A DNA stretch of 64,000 nt from Cyanophora paradoxa CCMP329 (Eukaryota; Plantae; Glaucophyta). Shown one piece after another: positions 60,300 to 64,000 of the stretch (position 1 is its first letter; every line of letters begins with the position of its first letter). Both the position numbers and the translations under genes were made by a program. The stretch spans positions 248,001 to 312,000 of the forward strand of contig QPMI01000428.1 in NCBI GenBank assembly GCA_004431415.1, in the 5' to 3' direction. The notes beneath the pieces are model-generated. The model searched no databases. It saw nothing but the letters and a program-made list of their open reading frames with translations, and was not told where the DNA came from.

Positions 60300-61385
60300 G
60301 CCCCCCCTCGCCGCCCGCCCCCGGGCCCCGCCCCGGCCTTGTGTCGCTGACTTCTCTGCGCAGCGTCGCGAGCTCTCTGCGGGTCCCCGTGAGCGGAGCG
60401 CCCCGCGCAAGCTCCTCCCGCCCCGCCTCGGCCTCGCGCGGTGCACGCCCCGCCTCGAAGCCCGCCCCCCGGGCCCCGCCCCGGCCTCGTGTCGCTGACT
60501 TCTCTGCGCAGCGTCGCGGGCTCTCTGCGGGTCCCCTTGCGCCGAACGCCCCGCCCAAGCTCCTCCCGCCCCGCCTCGGCCTCGCGCAGTGCGCGCCCCG
60601 CCTTGGATCCCGCCCCCGGGCCCCGCCCCGGCCTCGTGTCGCTGACTTCTCTGCGCAGCGTCGCGGGCTCTCTGCGGGTCCCCTTGCGCCGAACGCCCCG
60701 CCCAAGCTCCTCCACCCCGCCTCGGCCTCGCGCGGTGCGCGCCCCGCCTCGAAGCCCGCCCCCCGGGCCCCGCCCCGGCCTTGTGTCGCTGACTTCTCTG
60801 CGCAGCGTCGCGAGCTCTCTGCGGGTCCCCGTGAGCGGAGCGCCCCGCGCAAGCTCCTCCCGCCCCGCCTCGGCCTCGCGCGGTGCACGCCCCGCCTCGA
60901 AGCCCGCCCCCCGGGCCCCGCCCCGGCCTTGTGTCGCTGACTTCTCTGCGCAGCGTCGCGGGCTCTCTGCGGGTCCCCTTGCGCCGAACGCCCCGCCCAA
61001 GCTCCTCCCGCCCCGCCTCGGCCTCGCGCAGTGCGCGCCCCGCCTTGGATCCCGCCCCCGGGCCCCGCCCCGGCCTCGTGTCGCTGAGTTCTCTGCGCAG
61101 CGTCGCGCGCGGGCTCTCTGCGGGTCCCTTGCGCCGAACGCCCCGCCCAAGCTCCTCCACCCCGCCTCGGCCTCGCGCGGTGCGCGCCCCGTCTCGAAGC
61201 CCGCCCCCCGGGCCCCGCCCCGGCCTCGTGTCGCTGACTTCTCTGCGCAGCGTCGCGGGCTCTCTGCGGGTCCCCTTGCGCCGAACGCCCCGCCCAAGCT
61301 CCTCCACCCGCCTCGGCCTCGCGCGGTGCGCGCCCCGTCTCGATCACGATCGCCGCCCGCCCCGGCCTTGTGTCGCTGACTTCTA
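60300..61385. repeat. GC-rich tandem satellite, ~147-148 bp unit, about 7.3 copies, with a 442-bp higher-order repeat
   Basis: The anchor gtgtcgctga(c/g)ttct occurs at 60341, 60489, 60636, 60783, 60931, 61078, 61228 and 61370. Variant order is A-B-C-A-B-C'-C''. Confidence 0.95.
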
Positions 61386-63099
61386 GACCTCAACGAAGCG
61401 CCGGTCAGTCCTCCTTGCGACGCCGCCGTGCACGTGCCCGGCGTGGCGGCTTGGCGCCACGTGCACGGCGGCGAAGGCGCTTTAGTTATCCTTCCATGTA
61501 TATGTACAACATACAAAATAAAGAGCCCGAACGCCCCAGCGAGCGCCTCCGCGAGCGAGGGAACACGCCATTTGCATGATCATGATCATGAACCGAGATG
61601 GGAGTGAGAGAATGGAGCGCCCGGCCCGTTCGTGTTAGCTGTGTTAACCTGTTCTTGTACCGAAAGTTAGGTGCGTGCTCGCCGCGGCGCGGGCCGTCGA
61701 GACTAACCGGTACCTGAGCTTGCAACGCGCACCCGAGGCGACGCGTACGGCGCACCCGGTGCGACGGCGCACCGCGAGCGTACGAGAGAGGCCCGCGCAC
61801 CGCGCGAGATCTATAGCTAGATCTAGAGAGGCTCGCGCACCACGAGCTCCGAGCGTACGAGATCTAGATAGTCTCGCGCGGCCGCGGGGCGCGCAATGGC
61901 TCGATAAGCCGGCAGAGCTTTGAGCTGACGCACGCTGTAGCCGCAGCCGAAGTCGTCAATACGCCGCCTCTCATGATCAGCTGCGAGCTGCGAGCGACCG
62001 CGAGCGAACGCCGACGCGCGAGCTGCGAGCGACCGCGAGCGACCGCGAGCAATCGCTGTGGTGCAGGGTCGGTCACATAGAGCTGAGCAGCAGCATAACA
62101 GCCCCTGAGGGAGCCGGCTTTGAGAGTCGTTGAATAGTGGGGGGGTACTTGTCGTCACATCAAATGTGTACCCCGTTCGCGAGCGCTTCGCGGGCACAGC
62201 GCGAAGCCACCGCCGTGGAGCACCAGCGACAGCGACCAGAGCAGATGAACAGCAGTCCGCGACCGACTGGAGCAGCGACCGAAGCGACCGACGTACCGCG
62301 GAAGCGTTGGCGGTCCGTTGCACCATCAAGGCTGGCGTCGCCCTCGAGCTCGCATCTCCTGAACACCCGAATGCGCAGGCACCGATGCGCCGCGGGCCGA
62401 TGCGCCGCCCTCATGTCCTGCGAGCCAGGACTGGTGCCGCGAGCCAGTTACCGTGAGCCAGAGAGATAGAACGCTCGTAGTGGCTCTCCTGCTTCGGAGA
62501 ACCACCCGCCGCCAAGTATTCCGGAGCACGCTTGATTGACCCGCGGCATCGGCCATAGCTCCTCTCACACGTGCCGCAGTGTGCTCGGATGCTTTGTGAC
62601 CCTATTCTGCTGCTTAATTTTGCACAGATGCCGCCGAAGCATGTCCGTCCTCTGTCGTTTCCCAAGGGTGCGCGAACGCTGATCTGATTGTATCACTAGC
62701 GTGAACTAGCGGGGCGGCTAGCCCCCCAAATTAGGGTGGACGCGACCACCAAATTAAGCTCCCCCGCTAGATCGCCCGGGTCGCCGGGCCGGGGCCCATC
62801 GCCCAGGGCGCGCACAGACTCCGCGCATGTTCCTACGCCTTTATATACATGCATATAAGATAGAGCACCCCTGTGAAACTTCAGAATCCGGGTTCTCAAC
62901 ACTCGGCGGGCCTTAGATCGAATTTGCCTCGGGCGGAATAGATCCGGGATCGCCGAAATTGCTGAGTTGCGAACGGTTTAGCTGGACTTAACAATAGGTA
63001 GCTAGCGACTCCGTGACGGGTCGGAGTTTCCTAGCTATAGTAGCTGGGTAAATGAGAAGGTCCTATTTTCCATACATAAATCATTGAAATCCAACGACT

Positions 63100-64000
63100 A
63101 ACCGCAGGACTTGCGCGCAGGCTCGCGGCGGCCACTGCAGCTGCAGTTCCAGTTCCGCAGCGCCCGTCCCCCCGCGCCCCTTGTCCCCGTGCGCGCGCTC
63201 CACGCCCGCACGCCGTCCCCCGATGCGTGCGCTCCCCGCGCCCTGCTCCCTCCGCGGCCCCCCGCGCCCCGGCTCTGATGCCCCCCGCGGGCCCCACCGG
63301 TTCGCCGCGCCCCTTGCCCATCCTCAAGCCCCCCCGCCGCGCTCCTCGCCTTCCCCCCCCCCCCCCCCCCCCCCTCTTCCTTCCCCACCAACCCCGCCGC
63401 ATCCCCGCCCCCGTTACCTAGTCGAATAATCCTGATTGATCCTGCACCCCGCAGCAGGCCTCGCGGGCGGAATACCGGCGCCGAGCGGCGCCGACGCCCA
63501 GCGCCGACGCCCCTGGGGCGCCCGATTATTTCGTGCTCGGCGGCACTGCGGGACGCGGCGCGGCTCGCCGTCGAGGCCGCCCTGGACGTCCGCGGCATCG
63601 CCTTCGAGCGCGCCGGCGTCGCCCTCCGCCCCCACAACGGCTTCGGTCCGCCCCGCCCCGCCCGCCCGCCCCGCCCCGCCCTGCCCGGCCCCCCTCGCCT
63701 CGCCCCCCGCCCCGCCCTCCCCGTCCAGCCCGGCCCGCTCCGGCCCGCCCCGCTCCGGCCCGCCCCGCCGCCCCGCCCCGCCGCCCCTGCCTGCCCCGCC
63801 CCGCCCCGCCCCTGCCTGCCCGCCCGGCCCGCCCGCCGGCGCTGACGCGGGCGCAGGGGCCGGCGAGCTGCAGACGTACCTCGTGCGGGCGGGCGAGCGG
63901 GCGGGCCAGCTGCTCTTCGCCGGCGATCTCGTCGCCCAGGCGCGCCACCCGTCAGATCTGATCTGAGCTGATCCGATCTGAGCTTCTGAGCTGAGCTGGG
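63100..64000 (+). CDS. Partial spliced gene, function unknown, running off the window end
   Basis: Exon-like segments (..AALRDAARLAVEAALDVRGIAFERAGVALRPH; GAGELQTYLVRAGERAGQLLFAGDLVAQ) separated by C-rich introns with gctgac...cag acceptors. Confidence 0.4.

Noticed and set aside
60300-61385. CRISPR-like array
   Set aside because: Whole units are repeated, there are no unique spacers, no cas genes, and the context is eukaryotic.
59943-61516. Long ORFs (290-495 aa) on both strands
   Set aside because: They run over the 147-148 bp satellite and shift frame between units; they reflect stop-codon scarcity in GC-rich DNA.
59555-62700. Possible genes flanking the satellite
   Set aside because: Exon-like pieces exist, but I could not build a consistent gene model or recognise a domain.
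1-64000. tRNA or rRNA genes
   Set aside because: None recognised by eye; tRNAscan-SE or Infernal would be needed to exclude them.

Overview
This is eukaryotic nuclear DNA: intron-rich, with short introns of about 55-90 nt and CTGAC/CTCAC-type branch points. A KATNIP gene points to a flagellated protist or alga; the gene style suggests a glaucophyte such as Cyanophora paradoxa, but that is inference only. The ORF track is mostly noise, so genes were rebuilt by manual splicing. Contents: a partial membrane-protein gene; a large gene with a TTC3/DZIP3-like Cys domain and a U1-type zinc finger; two paralogous F-box/LRR genes (one frameshifted and carrying a 5'-truncated LINE); a TPR-like/coiled-coil/RING-H2 gene; a GPI-type surface protein; KATNIP; a coiled-coil gene; a secreted Cys-rich protein; a RING-HC gene; and a repeat-rich right end with a MITE-like element and a 147-148 bp satellite. 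The standout is a ~12 kb minus-strand gene (41644-53782) that the ORF track misses. It encodes three tandem TIR domains, each keeping the catalytic Glu, followed by a TM helix, a QEAEAKK heptad stalk and a large degenerate beta-propeller/FN3-like ectodomain. It resembles bacterial multi-TIR/WD40 proteins but is fully intronised, with 8-, 16- and 22-nt micro-exons at or beside the catalytic motifs. GC-AG introns are unusually common across the window.
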